A stretch of 64,000 nt of DNA from Acidobacteriota bacterium (GCA_029565065.1 JAKQOW010000131.1:6901-70900), one strand, 5' to 3'. Positions 55,106 through 64,000 are shown, counted from the first letter of the stretch. Notes: generated from the letters alone by a model not told the origin. Numbers and translations are program-made.

Positions 55106-56221
55106 ATGGGCAACCGCACCACGACCACCGACACGCTGACGCTGCCGAAACCGGCAGGCGGCTGGTCATCGACGTTCGACTATGGCACCGGCGACTGGTG
55201 GAGCCGCCGGCCGGAGGTGGATCGCCGCAAGGCATTGGCGCCCGTTCTGAATCAGCTCCAGCGGCTGGACGCCCAGCGCCTCCGGCTGGAGCGGGAAGGG
55301 GGGACGGTGAAGGATCTGGCCGTCCTGACCCGCATCCTGAGCGAGCCGCTGCGCGTCGAGGGCCACTACGGCCCCGCGACCTGCTCATTGCGGGATCCGC
55401 GCGCGCTGCGCACGGCGCTGCTGGATGTCGACTACGATCTGCACCACGATGTGCGGCAGCTGCCCGACCTGCTGCCGGTGTACTACGTGAGCCGGACGCG
55501 CCGGGACTACTGGGGCGAGTACAGCCTGGTGGTGGAGGATTTTCACCTGAGCCCCGGCTACCCGCTTCAGGACGAGCGGTTCGTGCGCCTGATGGACGTC
55601 GGCCACGAGGTATACTTTCTGCGGCTGGCGCACCTGCGGGACGCCGCACGGGCCATGCTGGGGGGCGCCGGCTCCGGCGACGGGGCGGTGGACGCCCTGT
55701 TGTACGACCTGGGGCGGCACGTTTTCCAGGCCGCCTGGCATGAGGACCAGCGGCTGGGCATTCTGGTGGCTGATCATTTCCGCCTGACGGCGTTCCGGCA
55801 GGCCATCGAGCTGCTTTACCTGTGCCTGAGCGGCGAGCTGTGCGAACTGCGGCACGCCATCACGCCGGATATGCTGCGGTTTTTCGTCGAGGCCTACGAG
55901 CAGCCCGCGATCCGCCGCTTCCTGGAACGGCTGCACGACCTGGATGGCGCCATGATCACCGATCTGCCCCGGCAGGGCCGGGTGCTCTACAAGCGACTGG
56001 GACACGCGTTCAGCCGGTGCCTCGGCACCGAGGTGCTGTGGGGGTTCGGCCGGCGGATGATCCCGCTCTGGAAGGTGGTCTATGGCAACCTGACCCGGTT
56101 GGAGGCGGTCGGCCGGCAGTTGCGGGCCGATCCGCGGGTGATCACCGCGTGCGGCCGGCTGGAGAAAGAAGCCGAAGCAGTCATTGATGAACTGGCGGGA
56201 GGCGGAACGTCAGCGCGGTGA
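55106..56221 (+). CDS. Hypothetical protein, last gene of the sigma-54 AAA+/VWA operon
   Basis: The 371-aa ORF has an AGGAGG-like RBS (CAGGAGGAAGCC ATG) and coding-like GC3. No family is recognisable. Confidence 0.6.
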   Translation: MGNRTTTTDTLTLPKPAGGWSSTFDYGTGDWWSRRPEVDRRKALAPVLNQLQRLDAQRLRLEREGGTVKDLAVLTRILSEPLRVEGHYGPATCSLRDPRALRTALLDVDYDLHHDVRQLPDLLPVYYVSRTRRDYWGEYSLVVEDFHLSPGYPLQDERFVRLMDVGHEVYFLRLAHLRDAARAMLGGAGSGDGAVDALLYDLGRHVFQAAWHEDQRLGILVADHFRLTAFRQAIELLYLCLSGELCELRHAITPDMLRFFVEAYEQPAIRRFLERLHDLDGAMITDLPRQGRVLYKRLGHAFSRCLGTEVLWGFGRRMIPLWKVVYGNLTRLEAVGRQLRADPRVITACGRLEKEAEAVIDELAGGGTSAR

Positions 56222-56319
56222 GCGGGCTCGCCAACGCACTCAGAGCACGAAGCCCAGTTGAGCAATGGGAGCTAACGACAAGTAACCATACGATGTAGCA
56301 GGCGAAATCGAAAAGTATC

Positions 56320-58137
56320 TCAATCGGCCGATGGCCGGTTGAGGCGGATGATTTTGAAACCGGCGCCGGCGAGAAAACGGGGGAGCTGCCGCACCGGCTC
56401 CCGATCCTGGTCGCGCACCGGTTCGGTGAGCGCCTCCCACGGCACCAGGTAGGGTGAGATCTTCCGGTCCACGTCCTTGGCGGGACCCGGGCGCCAGCCG
56501 GCGCGGCGGCGCTCGTCCACCCACCGGTCATGCTCCAGGCGGGCCAGACGCTCCACCTCGTCGGCGGTGAACGCGAAGAGCGATTCGTCCCAGTCCGTGA
56601 GCGGCGCCAGCGCGCAGCCCAGCTCGCGCAGCTTGACGCCGATGTGGGCGGCCTGGTCGCGGTTGGAGTCGCGCAAATGTTCCGGCAGCTCGTCCCAGGG
56701 CACCATGGCCGGGTTGGTCGCCGGCGTCTCGCCGCGCTCCCGCTGATGCCGGCAGTAGTCGGCATGGATGGCCCGGGCCAGGGCCTCGTGGGTGCCGGCC
56801 AGGATCTGCTCGGGGCGGCAAGCCTGGTCCAGCAGGCTGAAGGCCTGGATGGCCGGCGGGGCGCCGGGCGCGGCCTCGTCGCCGCGCAACAGCGTGGCCA
56901 GCCCCGCGTCCCCCGTCATCCGGACCACCACGGGTATGCCCAGGGTTCGCGTGCGGGGCTGGATGGCCAGTGCCGCCGCCAGGCCCAGGGCGTCGTTGTC
57001 GAGACAGATGAACACCGCAGTCGCGCCATCCTGCGCCGGAAGATAATCGCCGCGGTGGAATTCGGGCGACTCCACGTCTATGTCCAGGGCGGTGAGACGG
57101 CAGGCCTGGGCCAGGCGGGGATAGCGGTGGCAGAGCGACGCCACCTTGGCGGCGGCGATCCGGTCGATCACGGTCACATGGAATTCGCCGTCGGCACCCG
57201 CGTCGCGCCATCCGCGCGCCGCCTGGACGAGCAGGCTCTCGCCCATGCGCCCCAGGCCCACCAGCGTGAGGTGCGGGGCCGGGAGCGGGCGGCCCTCCGG
57301 CCCGGTAGTGGCCGGATGGAGCGACAGCCACGAGCGGGCGCCGATGTCGAAGACGTTGAAGAATTCCAGGCGGTACGGGTCCCGGTGCCGGCGCTCCAGC
57401 TCCTGTTCCACGAGGAGGCGGCAGAGCTGCGGGTCCGTGATGTGGACCACCGCCTGCAGCGGCTGGCCCCGCCTCCATCGGGCGAGTTCCCGGGCGTGCA
57501 CCGCCACCTCGGCGTTGGCCCCGTCGTCGCCGCAGACGGCGACGACACAGGCGGCCTCGCCCAGCCGCGCCTTGCGCAGCATCTCGACATCGGTGGCGTC
57601 GCCCGGCAGCACGACGACTCCCAGGTCGCGGCACTGGGCGATGTGGTCGTTCCCCTCGTCGCGTTCGATGGCGACCACCCGCCGGCCCCCGGCGCGCAGT
57701 TCCCGCGCCAGGCGCAGGCCCTTCCGGCCCAGCCCGCAGATGACCACGTGGCTGCGCACGAAGCGCATCCGGAACAACTGCAGCTGCTCGCGGAACACCA
57801 GGGCGAAGGCTTTCACCGCGGCGATGGCGGCGATGCCGGGCGCGAGCAGTCGGGCCACCTCCAGTTCCCAGCCCACCGCCGGGCCGTAGACCGAGCCTGA
57901 CTCCAGGGTGAAGAGCTGCAGGGCCAGGTACAGGATGTCCCAAAACGAACGCGACTGGCCCGTGGCGGCACAGTAGTTCCGGAAACCGACGATGCCGAGC
58001 CCGATGGACGCGAGTGCCAGCGCGCCGATGATCAGCCACTGGTGGTCCTGCAGCGCGCGCAGGGCCCGTTTCCCGATGCTCTGCCCGTTTCCGCTCCGCG
58101 AAACGCCGTGGCCGGATGCCGTGTGGTCCATGGACAT
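56320..58137 (-). CDS. Membrane-anchored protein with tandem TrkA-N/RCK (NAD-binding) domains and a C-terminal RyR (ryanodine-receptor-like) domain
   Basis: It has two N-terminal TM helices and Rossmann motifs VVICGLGRKGLRLAREL and LTLVGLGRMGESLL. The C-terminal block NPAMVPWDELPEHLRDSNRDQAAHIGVKLRELGCAL resembles the bacterial RyR-domain signature (W..LPE...SNRDQA.HI..KL). Confidence 0.65.
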   Translation of the reverse strand: MSMDHTASGHGVSRSGNGQSIGKRALRALQDHQWLIIGALALASIGLGIVGFRNYCAATGQSRSFWDILYLALQLFTLESGSVYGPAVGWELEVARLLAPGIAAIAAVKAFALVFREQLQLFRMRFVRSHVVICGLGRKGLRLARELRAGGRRVVAIERDEGNDHIAQCRDLGVVVLPGDATDVEMLRKARLGEAACVVAVCGDDGANAEVAVHARELARWRRGQPLQAVVHITDPQLCRLLVEQELERRHRDPYRLEFFNVFDIGARSWLSLHPATTGPEGRPLPAPHLTLVGLGRMGESLLVQAARGWRDAGADGEFHVTVIDRIAAAKVASLCHRYPRLAQACRLTALDIDVESPEFHRGDYLPAQDGATAVFICLDNDALGLAAALAIQPRTRTLGIPVVVRMTGDAGLATLLRGDEAAPGAPPAIQAFSLLDQACRPEQILAGTHEALARAIHADYCRHQRERGETPATNPAMVPWDELPEHLRDSNRDQAAHIGVKLRELGCALAPLTDWDESLFAFTADEVERLARLEHDRWVDERRRAGWRPGPAKDVDRKISPYLVPWEALTEPVRDQDREPVRQLPRFLAGAGFKIIRLNRPSAD

Positions 58138-58407
58138 TCCCCGACAGTCTGATTGATCCTGGGCACCGTCAATCTAATCCACCGGCCGTTCAAAGTCAAA
58201 CCGGCGCTTCTGATTTTCCGTGAGTGTCGTCAATCGGTCCAAATCACACCAGACTTGCCGGCGGCCCGATTGCCTGCGGACACACACCGCGCAACATTGG
58301 CGCGTCACAACCGATAAGAATCGGTAGAACGGATGGACCGACGATGTTCGGCAGACCCTTGGCATCGGCCGGCCGGTGCTGGTACAATCCGAAGCACGGA
58401 GTGATCC

Positions 58408-59073
58408 ATGCCATCGAAATTCACCGAAAGCCTGGAACTGGCCCGTGAGCTGCTCAAGATCTACCATCTGCAGGGCGCGGACTCGTTTGTCGAATGTCTC
58501 CAGCGCTATGCCCGGCTCATCGTCGAGGACTGCCAGCAGGACACGCGCCGCCTCAACACCCGCTTCAGCACCGTGGTGTTCGGGATGTTGTCCATCCTGT
58601 TCGTCAACGACGCCGAGCGGATCATGCGGCAGGAAGTGGCGGTCACCGAGGGCTTCATCAACGAGGCGGGCGCGGCGCGCAAGGCCGAGCTGTTTGTCCG
58701 GGACGTCGCCCGGTTTCTGCGCGAGTACGAGGCCGAGCGCCATGAGCAGGTCTTCTCGGAGCGCCTGCTCATGCACCTGGCCTCCTGCCCGCTGACGGAA
58801 CTCAAGGAGATGACCCTCTCCGTGCTGGCTGAACGGTTCGATTACCATCCGAACTATCTATCCAACAAGTTCAAGAAGGAGAAGCGGTTCACCGTCCAGG
58901 AGGCGATCCTCAACGAGAAGCTGAATCGGGCGCTGTTCATTCTCCGCGATGAAACGGAACGCACCACCATCAAGGAGCTTTCATGGCGCCTTGGCTTCTC
59001 CGATCCCGCCTACTTCAGCCAGCTCTTCAAGAAGCGATTCGGCATGCTGCCCAAACAAATCCAGGCCACGTAG
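58408..59073 (+). CDS. AraC-family transcriptional regulator
   Basis: The C-terminus has a double HTH: ...LSNKFKKEKRFTVQEAILNEKLNRALFILRDETERTTIKELSWRLGFSDPAYFSQLFKKRFGMLP. Confidence 0.85.
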   Translation: MPSKFTESLELARELLKIYHLQGADSFVECLQRYARLIVEDCQQDTRRLNTRFSTVVFGMLSILFVNDAERIMRQEVAVTEGFINEAGAARKAELFVRDVARFLREYEAERHEQVFSERLLMHLASCPLTELKEMTLSVLAERFDYHPNYLSNKFKKEKRFTVQEAILNEKLNRALFILRDETERTTIKELSWRLGFSDPAYFSQLFKKRFGMLPKQIQAT

Positions 59074-59236
59074 GCCGCAACTACCGTACGCCGCATTCGA
59101 CGAATGCGGCCCGGCGGCAAACGGAAACAGGTAACGGCAGCTGAGGTCAGCGCCGTGACACCTCGTCGGGCTCCGGGCGCGCGTTCATCGAACGCGCGGT
59201 AAGGATGTCCAGTACGAGACAGCTGATGAAAACCGC

Positions 59237-59881
59237 TCAGGCGTTTTCCACCTTGAATTTCTTCTCGAACACGAGCCGGAAGACCATCACGATGGCGATG
59301 ATGAGCAACTCGGCGCTCAGGATCTCGCTCAGGATGGGCAGGAAGGGGAGGTACGGCGGGCAACCGATCAGGATCATCAGGATCCCGAGCACCACCCCGA
59401 TGGCGCCGGCCCGGCTGTAGCGCCAGAAGCCCCAGCGGTTGTCCTGCCGCAGCAGGTAATGGTGGTACCAGTTGATGAACACCGTCGCCCCCACGAACAA
59501 GACCAGATATTTGATGAGAACCGGCACCAGCGCCTCGGCATACTGGCTCCAGTTCTCCAGCAGGGGGTCGTAGATGTTCGCCCAGGCGGCCGCAGCGGCG
59601 GCGAGCGGTGTGGCGACGACCAGGCCTTTCCAGTACGCGTACTCCTGATGCTGGGCTCGACGAGTCTCCGCCACGTGGGTGGCCACCACGGGCACCAGCT
59701 CGGGGAAGTCCAGGACCTTCCGCCACGCCCCGCCCGCAGCACGGATCATGCTGTCGGCCGCCAGCCGGTTGGACCGGATCATTCCCATGACCGCCGCCGT
59801 GTCCAGACCCTGGTGAATCTTGCCGTCCACCAGCACGTCCCATCTCGCTGATGCGGTCATACCGCCGGTCGATCCGTTCAC
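59237..59881 (-). CDS. Membrane protein with N-terminal DUF4339 (GYF-like) domain (tentative)
   Basis: It likely starts at GTG 59881 after GGAGG. The N-terminal segment W.VLVDGKIHQGLDTAAVMGMIRSNRLAADSMIRAAGGAWRKVLDFPEL resembles DUF4339. It is followed by 4-5 TM helices. Confidence 0.5.
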   Translation of the reverse strand: MNGSTGGMTASARWDVLVDGKIHQGLDTAAVMGMIRSNRLAADSMIRAAGGAWRKVLDFPELVPVVATHVAETRRAQHQEYAYWKGLVVATPLAAAAAAWANIYDPLLENWSQYAEALVPVLIKYLVLFVGATVFINWYHHYLLRQDNRWGFWRYSRAGAIGVVLGILMILIGCPPYLPFLPILSEILSAELLIIAIVMVFRLVFEKKFKVENA

Positions 59882-60102
59882 GGGCAACCTCCAGGCAGGC
59901 AGGATGTTCGAATGCGTCTCCGAAATCATACTGGAATCGAACTGAAAACGGAATGTTTGGGTGAGGCACCGAACCATAACAGTGCGGCACAGGTTCGGTC
60001 GGATTCCGACTGTTCCCGCTGGCGCCCTGCAGTCGAGGCGATTACAATGACTGTGATTACAACCATGGAGAGGCTGCCGCAGGACATGCACCGGAGGGAT
60101 GT

Positions 60103-62787
60103 ATGGGTATCCGCATGCGGTTGGGATGTGCCTTGCTGCTGCTGACGGTGATCGGCGGAGTGTGCGTTCAGGCGGCGAGCGAATACTCCGAGGAAGACGA
60201 TGTCGAGCCCGCTGGTACCCTCATCCTGAGGACCGACGAATCGGGTGATGCTGAGGTGGATGCCTGGCTGCGGCTGGATTCGCCGGGTGGGCCGGCGCGG
60301 GTCTCGCCCGAACGGCTGCTGGGGCTCGTCCAACTAGCGGTGGGACAGCCACTGGCCGACTCCCGGGTCGTGGAGAACGACGGATTTCTTGCGGTGAGGG
60401 GGAAGCTCCGGCGGTGGGCGGTGCGCGACGGCCTCGTCGTGACGGCCACGGTGCGGATCAGCCCGCTGCAGGCCCTGCTGCGGGACGCGCATCAGCCGCG
60501 GCTGGAGCTGCGCCTTGGGCATCCCCGGCTGGGCTGGGCGGAGTACACGGGCTTCGAGCCGTCCCGCCGGTCCGCCGGCGCTCAGACGGAGCTGCGCCTT
60601 ATCGTCCGGGCGGGCACCCCGGCGGTGGCTACGGCGACCGTCCGCTGGGGCTATGACCGCTGGGGGCTGTGGTGGCGTCTGGCGCTGGCGGTGCTGGCCG
60701 TGCTGGCGCCCCTCAGCCTCATTCTGATCGCACGGCGCCGGTCGCTGCGGCTGGCGGCCGCCGATCCCATCGCCGCCTGGTTCGGATTCTGGCGGACGTA
60801 CCAGTGGGTGCTCGCGGGGGGTTGGCTGGCCTGGCTCTGGCTGGTTTTCGCCGGCCGGTGGGGGACTCTGGTTCAATTTCTCGCTGGTCCGGACCGTCCG
60901 GTCTGGCTGCTGGCGCTGGCCCTGCCGCCGGCGCTGGCGGGCGTCGCGTGCTTCCTGCCGGCGCGCGCGGTTTTCCGGCGGGTGCGCGGCATCCACCTCA
61001 CCCCGGCCGAGATGGTGCGTCAGGAGTTCTGGCGGCAGTTGGCGTTTCTCGCGCCCGCGACGTTGGGGCTGGTGGGCCTGGTCTGTCTGTTTGACGAGAC
61101 GCCCGTTGCCTGGCTGTGCTTCGGCCTGGCGCTGCTGAGCGCCTTGGTGGGGCTCACCGGCTACGCGTGGGCCACGGGCATGACCCCGCACCAGCTCATG
61201 TCCGGCGAGCTACGGGACCGCATGGAGGTGTTGGCCCGGCAGGCGGGCGTGACGCTCCGGCGGATCTTCGTCATGCCCGCCGGCCGTCTGCAGATCGGCA
61301 ACGCCTACGCCCTGCGCGGCAGCGACGTGATCCTGACCGACTACCTGCTGGAGCGCCTCAACCGGGCCGAGACCGACGCCGTGATCGCCCACGAGCTGGG
61401 TCATCTCAAGCGGGGCCACCATCGGTTGGTGGGGTGGGTGTTCGCGATCATCTTCGTGCTCCTGTTTTTCGTGGGTGGCACCGTGTTCGCGGTCATCGCC
61501 ATCCTGTGGCGCATGGCGGCGGAGGCGGCCGGGTGGGGCGGGGTGGACCGGCTGCCCGACCTGCTGGACGCAATGATCCTCATCCTGGCGCCCCTCGGTT
61601 TCGGGGCGGCGTTGTGGGGGCAACTGTTCGTCCGGCGGCGCTGCGAGCGCTCCGCCGACCGCGCGGCGGTGGCTCTCACCGGCGATCCGGAGAGCGCCAT
61701 CACGGCGCTGGTGAAGCTGTCGCGCATGAATCTCGTTCCCATCCGCTGGGGGTTCTGGGACGAGCAACTGGGCACCCACCCGGCGACGCTGCGGCGTGCG
61801 CAGACCATCGCCGCCGACCACGCCATCCCGGCCGAGCGGTTGGACGCGCTGCTGTTGACGCCGTCCGCGCCGGTAGCCGACGGCTACCCGGTCCCGGAGG
61901 AGATGCGCAACCCGCAGCGCCTCTTCACCGCGGAGTTCAAATCGCGTCAGGTGATGCTGAATCTGCTGGTCATGCTCGGCCTGTTCGCACTAGCGCCGGC
62001 GCTCTGGTTCCTGCGGCTGGAAACAGTCGGCTGGACCGGCACCGCCCGGTGGCTGGCCCTGGGGGCGGGGCCGCTGGTTGTGCTCGCGGTGTACCTGCTG
62101 ACAGCCAATTTTACCCAACTGTCGGGTTACGGCGCGGTGCGGCGGCAGTTGGCCGGCCGGCTGCGGCGACAGGGGGTGCTCACTGCCGAAGCGGACGGCG
62201 AGTTCGTCGGCCTGGCCCCCGAACCGCATCACCGTCTCTACGAGGGGCATTCGGTCTGGGACGTGGGATTTCTTGCCTGGAGCGATGCCGGGTTGGCCTA
62301 TGCCGGCGACCAGTGCCGGTTTCTCATTCCCCGCGATGAAGTGGCCGCGGTGGCGGCAGGCGCCGGTCCGCCCGGACTGCTGCGGACTGAGGAGATCCGC
62401 CTACACTGGCGCGGTCCGGACGGGCGGGAGCGGACGTGGCGGCTGACGGCGCTGGGCGGTGCCTCGCGGCTCGGGAACTCGGCACGGAGTCGAAGGCTGC
62501 GACAGCGGCTGGCGGCGTGGTTGGCCGGCCAACAATCCTCAGGTGGCGGCCTGCTCACGGCGAGCGAGCCGCCCCCGTCGGAACTGGACGAAGTGCGCGG
62601 CGACCACCCCCGCCGGCACGTGCAGGCGGGCGGCGTCATCTTCAGCCTGGTGGTCATCGGCTGCCTCGCGGCGGGCGCGGCCACAGCGCTTGGCATCGAC
62701 GGATGGGCTGTGCTCTACACACCGCTGGTCGCGGCGTTCGCGTTTGTCCTGGCCATCCTGCCCATGGCGCTGTATCGCGATCGCTGA
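60103..62787 (+). CDS. Large polytopic membrane M48-family zinc metalloprotease (HtpX-like core embedded)
   Basis: The HExxH motif IAHELGHLKRGHH is flanked by TM helices, with a downstream conserved E region (RRCERSADRAAV). The 894-aa protein has a signal peptide and more than 12 TM segments. Confidence 0.8.
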   Translation: MGIRMRLGCALLLLTVIGGVCVQAASEYSEEDDVEPAGTLILRTDESGDAEVDAWLRLDSPGGPARVSPERLLGLVQLAVGQPLADSRVVENDGFLAVRGKLRRWAVRDGLVVTATVRISPLQALLRDAHQPRLELRLGHPRLGWAEYTGFEPSRRSAGAQTELRLIVRAGTPAVATATVRWGYDRWGLWWRLALAVLAVLAPLSLILIARRRSLRLAAADPIAAWFGFWRTYQWVLAGGWLAWLWLVFAGRWGTLVQFLAGPDRPVWLLALALPPALAGVACFLPARAVFRRVRGIHLTPAEMVRQEFWRQLAFLAPATLGLVGLVCLFDETPVAWLCFGLALLSALVGLTGYAWATGMTPHQLMSGELRDRMEVLARQAGVTLRRIFVMPAGRLQIGNAYALRGSDVILTDYLLERLNRAETDAVIAHELGHLKRGHHRLVGWVFAIIFVLLFFVGGTVFAVIAILWRMAAEAAGWGGVDRLPDLLDAMILILAPLGFGAALWGQLFVRRRCERSADRAAVALTGDPESAITALVKLSRMNLVPIRWGFWDEQLGTHPATLRRAQTIAADHAIPAERLDALLLTPSAPVADGYPVPEEMRNPQRLFTAEFKSRQVMLNLLVMLGLFALAPALWFLRLETVGWTGTARWLALGAGPLVVLAVYLLTANFTQLSGYGAVRRQLAGRLRRQGVLTAEADGEFVGLAPEPHHRLYEGHSVWDVGFLAWSDAGLAYAGDQCRFLIPRDEVAAVAAGAGPPGLLRTEEIRLHWRGPDGRERTWRLTALGGASRLGNSARSRRLRQRLAAWLAGQQSSGGGLLTASEPPPSELDEVRGDHPRRHVQAGGVIFSLVVIGCLAAGAATALGIDGWAVLYTPLVAAFAFVLAILPMALYRDR

Positions 62788-62844
62788 GTTGTGTCCGGGG
62801 CGCACCTGCCGCAAACTCCATCGATGCCGGAGGCTCGTTCCTGC

Positions 62845-63005
62845 TCGTAAGTCGTAATCGTGATCGTAATCGTAATCGAGGCTCGGGACTCGGAGCTTGT
62901 TCCCGAACATCGGACAGCGGACCACGGACTTTCCAACCTCCCAACCTTCCAACCTTTCAACCTTCCAACCTTTCAACCTTTCAACCTTCCAACCTTCCAA
63001 CCATT
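62845..63005. repeat. Composite microsatellite: (CGTAAT/CGTGAT) hexamer block sharing a about 30-nt core with the 38.4-kb locus, then about 9 copies of an octamer (TTCCAACC / TTTCAACC)
   Basis: Direct reading gives gtcgtaatcgtgatcgtaatcgtaatcgaggctcgggactcgga... ttccaacc tcccaacc ttccaacc tttcaacc ttccaacc tttcaacc tttcaacc ttccaacc ttccaacc. It is intergenic between the M48 gene and the protease-like gene. Confidence 0.85.
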
Positions 63006-63373
63006 GAACAATCCTCAGAACAATAGCTGAAAAGTCCACTCGGTCGCGCAGGCAGTCTGTCCGAAGATGAGGGTTCCTGCAGACGGCTCGCGCTCGACGA
63101 GTCATGTTATTCCACGACAGGTCATCCCCCGTCAACGAACACTCGTCCCGTCCTGATCTCCTCTGGGAACCTCCCCTTGAGATGTTTCCGCCGGTTCTCG
63201 TACTAAATGCCAGCAGTCGATCCCACCCACGCCCCGGACGGCCTGGAAATGGAAAGCCGCCGCGGGGCCCAAAGGCCGGATCCGCACCCGGCCGGGAGGA
63301 AGCCGTGGAGATAACGGTGATAGGGGAGCGAACGATCGGTGCCCGGGTATGGCGACGGTGCTTCATCGGGGGG

Positions 63374-64000
63374 ATGCTGATGGCGGGAATCCTGATGGCA
63401 TCTCCATTGACGGCCCAGGTCGCCGAGCCCGTAGCGACCCTGATCGGATGGCAGGTGGAGCAGCTGGAACAGGCGTTCATCAATCGGGACCTGTCGGCCA
63501 TTCAGCCCCTGCTGGACAAAGAATTTGAAATCGCCGGCCAGCAGGGCGACAACGCCCGGCTGGTGCTGCAGGCTGCGATGGACCAGCTCAACCAGCTCGA
63601 GGCCATCCGGGTCACGGACATTCAGCCGCTCCCGGCGGGATACCGGGTGACGGTGGATGTACAGATGTATGGGCTCGCCATGGAGCGGGACCTGGTGCTC
63701 TCGCCGTCGTTCCGAATCCTCGAACTGAACCTCTTTCAGGTGGAGTTCCGGATCCTGGTCAGTTGGGAACCCCTGACGGCGGCACCGCCTCCGGTCATCG
63801 CCGACCGTTTCCGGCTGGCCGCCAACCTGGTGCTCGTCGACAACGTGCGCCTCAACGGGGTGAGCGGTAGCATGATCCTGGACACCGGGACCAGCACGAT
63901 GCTGTTGAACCTCCCGCGGCTCGATGGAGGGAGTGTCCGGCCGGCGGCCGATCACGGCGTCCTGGGCGGCGCCGGGGGGACCACCCGGGCGGTGAAACGC
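63374..64000 (+). CDS. Secreted protein with C-terminal retropepsin-like aspartic protease motif (partial, runs off window end)
   Basis: Manual translation from ATG 63374 gives MLMAGILMASPLTAQVAEP... (a signal peptide) and then ...LVLVDNVRLNGVSGSMILDTGTSTMLLN, a D-T/S-G-A/T-type aspartic protease motif. It is not in the ORF track because it has no stop within the window. Confidence 0.5.
   Translation, partial: MLMAGILMASPLTAQVAEPVATLIGWQVEQLEQAFINRDLSAIQPLLDKEFEIAGQQGDNARLVLQAAMDQLNQLEAIRVTDIQPLPAGYRVTVDVQMYGLAMERDLVLSPSFRILELNLFQVEFRILVSWEPLTAAPPPVIADRFRLAANLVLVDNVRLNGVSGSMILDTGTSTMLLNLPRLDGGSVRPAADHGVLGGAGGTTRAVKR

Noticed and set aside
59090-59111. Perfect 10-bp inverted repeat GCCGCATTCG-ac-CGAATGCGGC after the AraC gene, as a rho-independent terminator
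   Set aside because: There is no U-tract on either strand. It may still be a structural hairpin between convergent genes, but the evidence is insufficient to call a terminator.
62539-63501. 320-aa minus-strand ORF spanning the octamer repeat locus
   Set aside because: It runs through the intergenic microsatellite and is antisense to the start of the protease-like gene. There is no RBS and the translation is repeat-derived.
1-64000. Mobile elements, integrases, tRNA/rRNA genes
   Set aside because: No transposase/integrase-like ORFs, terminal inverted repeats flanking a cargo, or tRNA-like cloverleaf sequences were evident on manual inspection.

Overview
This window is a high-GC (about 65-70%) bacterial chromosomal segment with dense coding on both strands, no rRNA/tRNA, no CRISPR array and no obvious transposase or integrase. 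Most stop codons are TGA, but TAG and TAA also terminate genes. Main features, left to right:
- A tripartite RND efflux operon (TolC-like outer-membrane protein, membrane-fusion protein, pump) on the minus strand, with the pump ORF interrupted by an in-frame TAG.
- A Hanks-type Ser/Thr kinase with a long TPR/coiled-coil tail.
- An MFS transporter, a 1114-aa secreted multidomain hydrolase-like protein, DNA-3-methyladenine glycosylase I and a secreted beta-helix protein.
- A minus-strand cluster of two radical-SAM enzymes (one B12-binding, one SPASM-type) plus a SAM methyltransferase, followed by an M28 peptidase.
- A cobalamin riboswitch controlling a btuF-btuD-btuC-like ABC importer.
- A DsrC-like sulfur-carrier with an HdrD/DsrK-like Fe-S protein and a small heme-b-type membrane protein.
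- A GH63/GDE-like glycosidase.
- An approximately 10-kb operon for a group-4 (energy-converting, complex-I-like) [NiFe]-hydrogenase with three antiporter-like subunits and a HycI protease.
- An NSS (LeuT-like) transporter, a response regulator, a ProRS-like paralog with degenerate aminoacylation motifs but an intact editing domain, and two tandem paralogous secreted proteins.
- A sigma-54 locus: a divergent activator lacking an obvious DNA-binding domain, an AT-rich enhancer-like region with a near-consensus -24/-12 promoter, and a four-gene operon (diverged ClpB-like AAA+ protein, MoxR-like AAA+ ATPase, large VWA protein, unknown protein). This is the best candidate for an undescribed system.
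- A membrane RCK/RyR protein, an AraC regulator, an M48 protease and a partial retropepsin-like protease at the window end.
- Two intergenic loci (about 38.3-38.6 kb and 62.8-63.0 kb) with striking 6/7/8-nt tandem microsatellites that share a about 30-nt core.
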